64,000 bases of DNA from Octopus vulgaris (lineage: Eukaryota): NCBI GenBank assembly GCA_951406725.2, contig OX597829.1:37076001-37140000 (forward strand). The letters are read 5' to 3'. The notes beneath the pieces were generated by a model. It worked only from the letters and a program-made list of their open reading frames with translations. It had not been told where the DNA came from and did no database searches. The number at the start of each line of letters is the position of its first letter. Position 1 is the first letter of the stretch. Both the position numbers and the translations under genes were made by a program. Positions 25,091 to 36,254 of the stretch are shown piece by piece.

Positions 25091-28000
25091 CTTCCTAATA
25101 TAGTTTTACAAAATTAATAAATTATCTCATGCCTTTTACAGAAGTTCTTCAATTCATACGGCTCTCTGAAACTAACATGTCAGGGACACCATATAACGCA
25201 AACAATTTGTATAAGAACTTTATAGTTGTCTTAGAGGTTGGTCTATAGCACCTGCAAACTTCTGGCCACCTAGTACAGCTATCTACTATGATTTGGTAGT
25301 AAGCACCATTTACTGATCTGGCATAGTCAATGTATAACCTAAACCATGGGTTCTCTGTCTCTGGCCACAATTGATATTTTACTGTGGTGCATTCTCACCA
25401 AGTTTTCAATATCTTGGTCCATAGATGGCCAATTGACATAACTCCTCATCAGAGCCTTCATCCTTGCCATTCTTGGATGTCCACTGTGAAATTGTTGTAA
25501 TACACATTTTTGTAATGTAGTTGGAACCACTGCTCTTTGGGCATACATCAGAATATCACTGCAAACTGAAAAATTACTGGCAAGTGAATTTTTATTCTGT
25601 TTATTTTTTAAAGCTACTTTTATTTTTGTAATATACTCATTACCTACAGCTTTCATTCTTATATCCTATACAGTCACTGATAGTTCTTGGATAATTTTCA
25701 TCTTAACACTATTAATTTAATTTTCTGCCTGCAGTGTAGCTATAACAGTCTCTTCTAGTGGTTCATATTTTTTGGAATTAATCTCAAAAGGCAGTCATGG
25801 AATGTATTGCATTTTGAAATTATAATTTAGTAATATTATAATTGGTCCACTAAATGCCAGAACACTTATGAAGTAGAACTGGACCTAATCCATACAGGCA
25901 GTTCACAGTATGAGTCAGTAACCCTTTTTTAGACCATAAATTCACAGCAAAGGTCTATGGTCTGTTTGCAATAAAAAACCTCTGTCATGCAGAACCTGTG
26001 AAAATTTTTAACTTCAAAAATAATTGCTAGAGCCTCCTTTTCAATTTGACTATATCTCTTCTCTGCCATTATTAGCGAGCACAAAACATGAACCACTGGT
26101 TTTGTACTTTCGTTTTCATATTTATGAAGTACAACTGCACCTAATCCTTACTTGGAAGCATCAGATGCTACAATGATGTCCATTTCGGGATCGTAATGTG
26201 CTAACAACAGATTTTGAGATTAGAATTTTTGTTATTTCTTCAAAAGTGTCCTAGCATTTAGTAGACCAATTCCACTTTACCTTGTTTTTTCAATAAGTCA
26301 TTTAAGTGGAACTCTTAACTTGGCATATTAGGAATGTAACTTTGATACTAGTTTGCCAACCCAAGAAATACTTGTAAAGTTGGAACATTTGTCAGTGCAG
26401 GCATATTCCTTATTGTGTCTGCCATCAACAGGTCAGGTCATACACCACTTTCGTGAATTATTTGTCCTAAGTACTTAATTTGGAGTAAAAAGAATTCACA
26501 TTTTTCTTCACTCAAAATGAACCCGGAAACTTTAATTTTCTTAAACACAGCTTTTATATGTTCCACATGCTGCTCACAAGAATTACTCTTGATCAAAATA
26601 TTGTCCAAGTATGGGATTACAAATTTACAATCAGATAACATTATATCCATGATTTGCTGGAATATTGCTAGTGCCACTTTTAATCCAAAAGGTAATCATG
26701 TGCATCTGTACAATCCTCTGTGTGTATTTATTGTCAAATACTTTTGAGCATTTTTCATTTTTCATTTTATCTGTAAATAGGCTTCAGACAGATCTAATTT
26801 GGAAAAAAAATTTTTCAGCATTTAACTTTGAAAAAATGTCCTCTGCAGTTGGGAGTGGATGGTGGTATGCTTTTAAGCAGTTGTTCAATCCTGTAGAGAA
26901 ATTGGCACACAACCTAATCTTTTTTTTTTTTAATACATACTGTGAGTGCCACCCATTTCGTGTAATCCACATTTTTGATGACTCCATGTTTTTTGAGTTT
27001 GTCCAATTCTTCATTTATGGTTTCAATTGCTGTGAATGGTACTCTTCTGTTTGCTTTAAATACTTGTACAGTGTTTTCACTTACTTAGAAATAGGCATCC
27101 ATGTTTCTACATAGACCTAGATCTTCTGGTAACACTTGTGGGACCATTTCTTTCAATTTTTTCGTCAGTTCTTCCAAAGACTTGTTTTTAATGGGATAAC
27201 CATTTATGTTATTGCTGTAAAGGTTTATGGGGAGGTGACATAAATTGAATAGTTCTAACCATTCTATACCAAACAGATTGATTGTATTATCCACAACAAA
27301 TAATTTTGCTTTGCATGCCTCTCCTCAAAATATGATGTTGATACATGTTTTGCCCGTTAAATGTAATTCATTACCCACGCCATGCACTATTTTTACTGTT
27401 TTACATAATCTTGGTTTACCAATTTGTTTCCAAGTATCTGCATTTATAATCAAGATGTCACTACCTGTGTCTAACTGTAATTTGGTATTCATGTCATTTA
27501 TTTTCACTTGCACAAATTTTCTTGTTTTTCTGTTGCAGTCACTCCCCACTGAAAACACCTTAAAACTTTTTGTGTTTGAGCCTCGTAGTCTTGTTCTACA
27601 ATGAGAACTTCTGTGTCTCAGCTTCTGACAATTATAGTATTTTTTGTTTTTAAATGGACAGTCCTTTTTGTAGTGTAGGCCTCTACAACCATAACATGGA
27701 TTGGGACCTGACACTTTTTTTTTTTGATTGTGCTTCCCAGGATGACACATTTTTGAATTTTTGCAGTGTCTTTGTCTTGCATTTTTTTCACATCATGTTT
27801 AAGATTTACCATAGTCTGACATTCTTTGGTGATGGTCTGTGGAGATAAATCTTGGTTCGCTTGCACCATTTTCAAAAGAATCCTTGCCTGAATTTCTCTA
27901 TCTTCGGGTGCTATAAATCCTTGCTTGAGGACAAGTGATTTGAACATATCCTGGGTGAGATCCTGGAGTTTGAAATCTCGACAAACCATCCTCCTCATTT

Positions 28001-28522
28001 GTTAAGTTCCAACACTCCATTCTGGTATTGAATAAAGAACTTCTATTACAAACATTTTTGAAAGCAATTCCATGGTTTTTTTGGAAACCAATCTCACTTG
28101 AGTTTTTGGGCAGAATAAAGTTACAGTAACAGGAGCTACCTTGCATAGTAAAAGCTTTACTTTTTGTTCCTCCAACCATGACTTCCACTCATTAAAAAAT
28201 TTCTTCATATCATCTATAATACACGGAAAATGTAATACCCTCCTCTGGATTATACGTAAATTCAGAAATTGCGTTAGCCACGACACCTGATGTAAATGAA
28301 CTTTCTTGATTTTCAGACTTCACCAACTGTAACTCAATTGTTGTAGTTGTAGTGTTTGCTTTTGCAACTCCTGTAGTTGTTGCTGTTACTTCTCTTGAAG
28401 CTGCACTACTGCATCTAATAGGTTTTCCATGATGTAGAAGTTGTCAAATAACCAATGTGAGTTTTGAATGATCCTTGTCACCAGATGTTATATCCTTATT
28501 GATAAACGAATACACTGCGACA
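24324..28522 (-). mobile_element. Inner antisense Gypsy element (gag-PR-RT-RNH-IN, decayed); full 3' LTR 24324-24584, 5' LTR stub 28486-28522
   Basis: PBS tggtgacaaggat (28471-28483, -); PPT next to 24585; CCHC-like CYGC..H..C, LQLDTGSD, IRLCANFSTGLN, PYLDNILI, VASDAS, RLYIDYA. Confidence 0.85.
24897..24975 (-). ncRNA. Degenerate type I hammerhead motif in a PLE-type insert inside the inner Gypsy
   Basis: AGC CUGAGGA CGCACUGGUGG..CCACCAGGGCA GAAAC ACGU AUA GUG; core intact, stems with mismatches, palindromic ACGU loop. Confidence 0.6.
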
Positions 28523-28865
28523 CTTACGGAAGTTGAAATCTCAAAAGGGAAGATGTTGTGATGAGAGTCATGACACCCCCTTGTGAGAAATAGATTGGAC
28601 CAACTGATTATAAATAGTAGTGATTGGAGTGAAGTATGTGAGTTAATTTGAGTTGAGTTCACAGTGAAGTCAGAAGGTGTCGGCTAGTTAGTTTGTTTGG
28701 AATATTGATTGTAGGTTCATGAAGAGCTTGTTGGGTTGTTACATTGTTATTATGACTGCATCGTTATCTTGTTTACTGTTACAACACTGGTACAGTTTAT
28801 CTAAACCATCTGTCACAATATCATGTCAGTACCATGACATTGAAGATGGAGGATACCACACATAC

Positions 28866-29500
28866 ATAATGAATTTCTTGAATTAAGAGGTGGGTTATAT
28901 AGAGATGATGTTCTATTCACTATATATAGATATAATGTGGTTAATTTAGAAAGGTCCAAAAAAAGTCTTTTTAAATTATTTAAGCATCTTGATCTATGTG
29001 TCACTATACTATACTAGAACTAACTTCCTTGATATTACTCTTGGTTTAAGTAATGAGCTATTCCTACATTATCAGCCTAATGAGTGCTTAAGATATGTAA
29101 ATAAAAATTCAAATCATCCATGAAGCATAATAAATTATATCATTACAAATATATACTGAGACTTTCGGCTAATGAGGATGTATTTAAACGAAATCAAAAT
29201 TGCTATAACCATGCTTTATTTGAAGCTGGATATAAAGATAAAATTTACTGTATCCAGAATGATAATAATAATAAAATTCCTGGAAATGATAAAATTTTGG
29301 ATAAGATGGAAATTAATAGGGAGTATAATAAAACTGAAAAATTTAGATAGAAATAAATGAATTAAGCAATCTTTTTTAACTGAGCTAAATAAAAGAAAGA
29401 GCAATAATGATACAAATGTATTAGCAAAAATCTAAGTATTAAAGATGAACATATTATTAATAAGTGTAGGTCTGAAAATGTAAATTCTAAATATGTGGTT
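28866..29500 (+). mobile_element. Penelope-like RT, 3' part
   Basis: GGLYRDDVLF..NFLDITLGL..LRYVNKNSNHP..RLSANEDVF..YNHALFEAGYK. Confidence 0.8.
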
Positions 29501-29532
29501 GGTATGAATAATATAATAATAATGATAATAAT

Positions 29533-30010
29533 CATCATCATCATCATCGTTTAACATCTGCTTTCCATGCTGGCATGGGTTGGACGGTTTGACTGAGGAC
29601 TGGCAGAGATTCTACAGCTTGATGCCCTTCCTAATGCCAACCATTCCGAGAGTGTAGTGGGTGCTTTTACATGCCACCGGCACAAGGGCCAGTCAGGCGG
29701 TACTGGCAATGGCCACGCTCAAATGGTGTTTTTTGCGTGCCACCTGCACAGGAGCCAGTCCAGCAGCACTGGCAACGACCTTGCTCAAATGTTGTCTTTC
29801 ATGTGCCACCAGCACAAGTGCCAGTAAGGTGACACTGGTAACAATCACGCTCAAATGGTGCTTTTTACGTGCCACCGGCACAGGAACCAGTCAGCATCCC
29901 TGGCAACAATCATGTTTGGATGGTGCTCGTAGCGCTCCACTAGCATGGATGCCAGTCAAGTGGTGCTGTCATTGAATTTGATTTCGATTTCACTTGCCTC
30001 AACAGGTCTT
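29533..30010 (-). repeat. RTE-tail repeat with 4-5 tandem ~65-bp hairpin units
   Basis: (CAT)n tail, then units gtgc.ttt.cgtgccaccggcac.gg.gccagt..ctggcaac..cacgctcaaatg. Confidence 0.75.
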
Positions 30011-30254
30011 TGCAAGCAGAGTTTAGTGTCCAATGAAGGGAAGGTACATGTGATCTTTGCCTTGAAGAAACATATTATATATTTACTTCTAAATTAATTT
30101 TATTGAATTTTAATGTGAACTTTACAATAAGATGTTGCCATGAATTTAGAAAGACATTCAAATATTTCAATTATTAATTATAATAATTTTTCATATATCA
30201 TATAATAAGGTTAATTCTTCTAAAAGGTTTAATAAGTAGATAACTAATTGTTGT

Positions 30255-30543
30255 TTAAGTGGCTGTTGCCAGCACTGGCCCGACTGGCCTCCATGCCGGT
30301 GGCACATAAAAAGCACCATCCGATCGTGGCCGTTTACCAGCCTCGTCTGGCACCTGTGCAGGTGGCATGTAAAAAACACCCACTACACTCACAGAGTGGT
30401 TGGCGTTAGGAAGGGCATCCAGCTGTAGAAACATTGCTAGATCAGACTGGGCCTGGCACAGCCTTCTAGCTTCCCAGACCCCAGTTGAACCGTCCAACCC
30501 ATGTAGCATGGAAAACGGACGTTAAACGATGATGATGATGATG
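30255..30543 (+). repeat. Oppositely oriented copy of the RTE-tail repeat
   Basis: Ends cccatgtagcatggaaaacggacgttaaacgatgatgatg; carries ~2 of the 65-bp units. Confidence 0.8.
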
Positions 30544-30798
30544 TCTAAGTTTCTAATAATCATAGAATTTTTATCTTCATTTTTTATTCTTTAATTATCC
30601 AGTGACATTACCAATAGTTGAATACATAAATAGGCTTTTTTAGATTATATTTCTGTATATTTAGAATTGTCATAATGTAGAATTCTTATGTTTATTATTT
30701 TTTTTGTGTTATTATTTCATTATCCACTTATGTCACTAATAGTTGAATACAAAAATGACGTTTCTTAAATATGTTTATTTTTCATTTTTATAATAATG

Positions 30799-32690
30799 CT
30801 AGACTGCCTGTGACCTGTTGGGTCCCCAAAGGTACCTGACAAAACAGTGATCCAATTTATGCCAAACTTCTGTCATTTTGTGTGTATTCACATTTCAGCG
30901 GTTCCTTACTTTCAAAGCATTTTCCCCATTATACACACATTTGGTTATTTATAAAGGTACCCCCCCACCAAATATTTATCTTGGTTACCTGTGGTAACCT
31001 TGTTTTATTCCATTTGTATTCACATGAGCATCCAATTCAAGACGTCTCCTGCTTTTGTCTCAACTCTTCAAGTGTCTGATTCCTGATCTCTGCTACTTCT
31101 GTTTCTTTCCCTCTGTTCTGCCAGATGCTCAGCTCTTGCTTCATTAGTCTCATCGACCCTTCTATTTATATCAATATAACGCACAAATGGCCTTGTTGGG
31201 TCACTGACGGTTCAGGTTATAAAACATTGAGGCTGAATTCAACATTGCATTGAAATGAAGGCAATTATTCATACTTGTCTTAGTTTCCCCTTTTTCTTCC
31301 GTGTTCTGACGTCAGAAGGAATATTTTCTCATTTTGACGCTGTTACAGTTTGTTTAAAAAAATGCTTTTGATGATAGCATTCTTAGGTGACTGGGTATCT
31401 TTCAGAAACACTCTGACATTCTCCTTTCGTTTTCTGCAGCTACATACAGTTGACCATGTTGGAATACAGGATGTTCCAGATAAATCAAGATGTTGTCCAT
31501 AGTTTGTCTTTGTTCGTTATGAATTGGCATGATTGAACTGGGAATTGACTTTGCTGCAAAGGGATATCCTCACTTTCAGATAGATTAATTGTTATTCTTG
31601 GTATCATAATGATTTCATTTCTGAAAGTGGCAGTGTTGATTCTTGCTACTATGAGATTCTTGTGCAGTTCTTCCATGTTCATGTGCATTCCATTACAAAG
31701 CCTTGAAGGATTCAAGTTTCTCATTTGAATTATAGGCAATCCTTTTTTCAATTCCAGCTTTTGTGGTGGCAGTCTTGATAGTTCAAGTGAATCAAGGCAT
31801 TCAGTTGGGAAATGAGTGGTATCAGTACTCTTTTATGATTCCTGGGAAGCATCTGATATAGGTGGAATTGATGCTTCTCATCATTTGATTAAGAGGTACT
31901 AAGATGCAATTGTTCAAAAATACTTCACCTAGATTGTCCCACCAACAGCGTTTTGTTTCGCGAGTTTTTCTTCTTCGTTTCCAGATTATTTCACATGCTT
32001 TCAACAAATGTGACACCGAAATCACATGTAAATGGCTCCTTTACCCAGAAAAGGAAAGATTTGGTTGCTATTACTTGCATGCCCTGCTACCATATAACAG
32101 TTATTTTGGGTCCTTTATCACAAATAGCTGTTATGTAGTAGCAGGGTGTGCTAGAACTGGCATCCAAATCTTTGGAGGTGAAATACGTTGAATGCACTTG
32201 AAAAAACCAATGGAAATAAACTATTTAACACTGAGATTATGAACGGATCTTTTATGAAATATTTACCATATTTTTAAAGTCATTTTCACTTTAAGATATT
32301 TTCACTTGAAATAATTTTGAAAAAGATAAAAATATTGTCTGTTTAAAGAAAGCTAAAATATAAATACTTACTGTACAAACAACTTACATTTTTGAAATCA
32401 CATTCACTTAAAAATATTTCTAAATCATTAAAATATTGTGTTTAACAAAAGCGAAAACAGAAACATTTACTATAAAAAAACAACTTGTATTTCTTCATTG
32501 GCAAGTCACTAAGAATTTTGCTCATCGTAATGTGTCAAGAATCAGCTGCCCAATTTATGTGAAACTTGTTTTATTCCATTTGTATTCACATTTCAGGAGG
32601 ACCTTAATTCATAGTATTTTCCCATTATGCACCAGTTTGGCTGTGTAACGTTGGAAGCAAGCATAATTGAAGTTCATTTTTAATATAATA
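30799..32690 (-). mobile_element. Helitron with Pif1-type helicase remnant
   Basis: LPPQKLELKKGLPIIQMRNLNPSRLCNG..IPRI..QFPV..VFQHGQLYVA; 3' end hairpin gacccaacaggtc followed by CTAG. Confidence 0.85.
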
Positions 32691-33520
32691 CTAGACTACC
32701 TATGACCTGTTGGATCACCAGGAAACTCTTGAGTTTCCCAGCAACAGAGTTTTGTTTTGTGGGTTGGAAAGATTTGGCTGCTATTTCTTGCACACCCTGC
32801 TACCACATAAGAACTATTTTGGGTCCTTTTTCACAAATAGCTGTTATGTTGTAGTAGGGCATGCTAGAAATAGAAGCCAAATCTTTGGAGGGGTGATATG
32901 TTGAATGTACTCGAAAAAAGTATTTCACACTGAGGTTACAAACGGGTCTTTTACAAAATATCTATTGTATTTTTAAAGTTATTTTCACTTTGGAACATTT
33001 TTAAATAAGTCACAAAGAAATTTTTGTAATGGTATTCACTTGAAAATAATTTTAAACAACATAAAAATATTATTTGTTTAAAGAAAGCTGAAATATAAAT
33101 ACTTACTGTACGAACAACTTATATTTTTGAAATCACATTCACTTAAAAATACTTGTAAATGATTAAAATATTGTATTTAATAAAAATGAAAATAGAAATT
33201 GTAAAAACAAAAAAAAAACTTTATTTTTGTTGTCAACTCACTGTCTAATAGAAAGATAAGAGTTTCTTCCCTCTCAGGATGAAGTTAATTTTCGGAACAT
33301 TTTCTCATTATGCACCATTTCGGGTATTTATACCCTGAAAATTTCTACTATCTTGAAAACTACTTTACTGATTTACATAAAACTTGTTTCATTCGATTCT
33401 TATTAACATTTCAGGATAAGCTTGATTCATGGTATTTTCCCAGTATGTGCCAATTTTGCAGATTAACATTACAAGCAATCAAGCAAGATTGAAACTGACT
33501 TTTAATGAATTTTTGTTATC
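32691..33520 (-). mobile_element. Second, non-autonomous Helitron unit in tandem
   Basis: Repeats the CTAG/hairpin end at 32691 and a ~600-bp block similar to 32050-32680, without helicase. Confidence 0.75.
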
Positions 33521-33717
33521 CAATGACATCACCATTAGTCGAATAAAGCAATGTCTTAGGTTGAATTCACTTTAAGCAGTCTTTTTGTTAGCGTCTATCT
33601 ACTAGTAATACTCCTGATGTTCAATTTGAATTTTGCTAATTTTGAATAGTGTTGATAATGTGTTAACATATATTTTCGAGGATATTAATATTTATTTTAA
33701 TATTTTATGTATATAAA

Positions 33718-34096
33718 GGAGTGGCTGTGTGGTAAGTAGCTTGCTAACCAACCACATGGTTCCGGGTTCAGTCCCACTGCGTGGCATCTTGGGCAAGTGT
33801 CTTCTGCTATAGCCCCGGGCCGACCAATGCCTTGTGAGTGGATTTGGTAGACGGAAACTGAAAGAAGCCTGTCGTATATATGTATATATATATATATGTA
33901 TGTGTGTGTGTTTGTGTGTCTGTGTTTGTTCCCCTAGCATTGCTTGACAACCGTCACTTAGCGGTTCGGCAAAAAGAGACCGACAGAATAAGTACTGGTC
34001 TTACAAAAAGAATAAGTCCCGGGGTCGAGTTGCTCGACTAAAAAGGGCGGTGCTCCAGCATGGCCGCAGTCAAATGACTGAAACAAGTAAAAGAGT
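33718..34096 (+). mobile_element. Near full-length tRNA-derived SINE with CR1-like 3' tail
   Basis: A box gtggctgtgtggt, B box ggttcagtcc, core catcttgggcaagtg, internal TA/TG tract, tail ggcggtgctccagcatggccgcagtcaaatgactgaaac. Confidence 0.9.
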
Positions 34097-34181
34097 ATAT
34101 ATATATATGACAAATGAAAGACGGAAGAAGGAACATAGAATAATTTATTAATCATGACAATTGTTTCGACACATCTAGCAT

Positions 34182-34290
34182 CAATGCCTCACAGGTGGGA
34201 CACTCAACAACTGGTTCAAGAGCATCCAGTGGTGCAGATGTATCTCATATATCTGAAGCAGTTGTTGAGTGTCCCATCCTTGAGGGATTG
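34182..34290. repeat. Long hairpin (~37-bp imperfect stem) next to a minus-strand GAAAC-AAUU-GUC hammerhead half
   Basis: cctcacaggtgggacactcaacaactggttca / tgaagcagttgttgagtgtcccatccttgagg. Confidence 0.75.
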
Positions 34291-34351
34291 TCGTGGATAA
34301 TAAATTCTTGTATAATCCATCTTTCATCTTATGTATTTTTGTTATATATAT

Positions 34352-34835
34352 ATCATCATCATCAACATCATCATACATCTGTTTTCCATGCCGGCATGTG
34401 TTGGACAATTTGACATGCAGCTGTCCAGACTCTGTCTTTTGTAGCATGGTTTTTATGACTAGATGCCCTTCCTAACCACTTTGCTGACTGTCCAGGGTGC
34501 TTTTCACATGCCACTGGCATGGGTGCATTTTGCCGCACCAGCATGAGTGTAATTTATGTGTGTATTTTGAAGGACAAACCTGTATGTATGTATGGATGAC
34601 AGTGATTTTACCTAGCTTGGCATGTCTTCTCAAGTACAGGAAATTGCCACAACTCCCGGTCCATTGTCATGTCCTCAGTAAGGCCCAGCATCCAAAGATA
34701 CCTTTTCACCACTTTGCCCCATGTCTTCCTCAATCTACCCCTTTTACAAGTTCCCTCCAAACTTAGAGCTCGGCAGCTGTCCTCATCCATACTCATCACA
34801 TGACCAAACCAGTGCAGTCTTCTCTCTTGCACACA
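34352..34835 (-). mobile_element. RTE LINE 3' end
   Basis: QERRLHWFGHVMSMDEDSC..RGRLRKTW..MTMDRELW + 3' UTR and (GAT)n tail. Confidence 0.85.
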
Positions 34836-34839
34836 AAAT

Positions 34840-36248
34840 TTGATTGTTCCTTCAATGAGGTGGATGCAAGTCCTGCAGTTGGAACGACTACATTTTTTGA
34901 CGGTTGTCGGTGGGCTTGTGTTAGGTAATTTTGCATTGGTGAGTAGGTTTTTTAGGGATTTGGGTTGTCTTTTGCTTTTATTATTTTATGGGTTGCAAGT
35001 ACTTTTTTAGACGTGGATCTTGATTCAGCTGTAGGATGTTCTTGTATATAATTGTGTAATTTTCTGCATTTCTTGGATTGTGTATTGAGAGATAGGGGAG
35101 GTTATTTACTGTACCTTGAGTGTGTTTTGGTTTTTGTAAGTCTTAGGTAGTAATAGTCTTGGCCCGTTCTATTCCACTGTTAACTAGTGATGCTGGGTAA
35201 TGTTTTTCGAGAAGAATTGCCCTTAGTTCTTGGAGTCTTTTATTTCGTGTTCTATAATTTGAGACAATTGTGCAGATTCTTCTCACTAGGTTGAAGGGGA
35301 TGTTTGTCTTCATGTGCTTTGGGTAATTGGAGGTGAACAGAAGGTATTGTTTGTAATCAGTTGGTTTGTAGTGGGTATCTGTTTCAATATTGGTGCCTTT
35401 TTTAATAATAAGAATGTCAAGAAAAGGAAGTTGGTCTTGACTATATTCCATTGTAAATTGGATATGGTTGTTGACACTGTTGATTAGGTTTTTGAAGTCA
35501 ATAAGTTGGTTGAATGTGTGGGACCATAGGATGAGGCAATCATCTAAGTAGCATTTCCAATTCTCCAACAGGTATTTGTGGAAAGACAGGCCATACTTAT
35601 ATTTGGATTTGTCATAAATTTGTAATTCTAGGTAGGCCATCACCAGATTTGCATAAGTAGGGGCAACTTTAGTACCCATTGCAGTCGCTGATACCTGTCT
35701 GTAAGTGTTATTATGAAAATTCATAAAGTTGTTTTGGAGAATAAACGTAAGGCCCTCGATGATGAATTCTTTTTTTATTCTTTCCAGGACATCATTGAGA
35801 TATTTTTCTTGCAAGAATTTAATGACTTCCAGTCCATGTTCATGTGGGATCATAGTGTAAGGGTTTATTATATCATAGGAGACAATGAAAATGTCTTTAT
35901 TGGTATGTTTGAGGAGATGATTTAATAGGTCCAGGTCATCTCTTACAATACTTGGTATGTGTTTAAATATTGGTTTTAAGATGATATCGATAAAGTTGCT
36001 TAATCTGTGTGTTTCACAGTTTGGGCCTGCCACAATTGATCTCAGTTTGAGATCAGTGGAATGGCACAGTGATGCAGGTTGAAGAGGACTTTTTGCAAGC
36101 TTCAGTAATAAATTTGCTCTTGTGGATTTTTGGAAGTTCATAGAGGATGCTGGTTTTGCAATTAAAGTTTGTTATGTAGTCGCATTCCTTTGCTGTTAAG
36201 TTATTTCGATGTTGGCAAATGAGTGTGTCTAATTTGGTAATTGTTCTG
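34840..36248 (-). mobile_element. Penelope-like element RT/thumb + linker Cys motif (3' part)
   Basis: ORF 35143-36141: LRSIVAGPNCETHRLS, VSYDIINPYT, TAMGTKVAPTYANL, CYLDDCL, LPFLDI, NIPFNL; then KKCSRSNCRTC. Confidence 0.9.
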
Positions 36249-36254
36249 ATTGTT

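Larger units (their letters stand above)
21514..28860 (+). mobile_element. Outer Gypsy LTR retrotransposon (decayed; RT/RNase H deleted), LTRs 21514-21784 and 28554-28839
   Basis: TG..CA LTRs; PBS-like ttggagatggagg after the 5' LTR; PPT aaaagggaaga before the 3' LTR; gag (FSYNPEED..FATYYRRY), protease LQLDTGSD, integrase pieces (RVHIDYAG, SPYH.RS.RQVEKF); TSD tatac/catac. Confidence 0.85.

Noticed and set aside
29661-29975. CRISPR-like array
   Set aside because: Whole units are similar with no unique spacers, there are no cas genes, and the context is eukaryotic.
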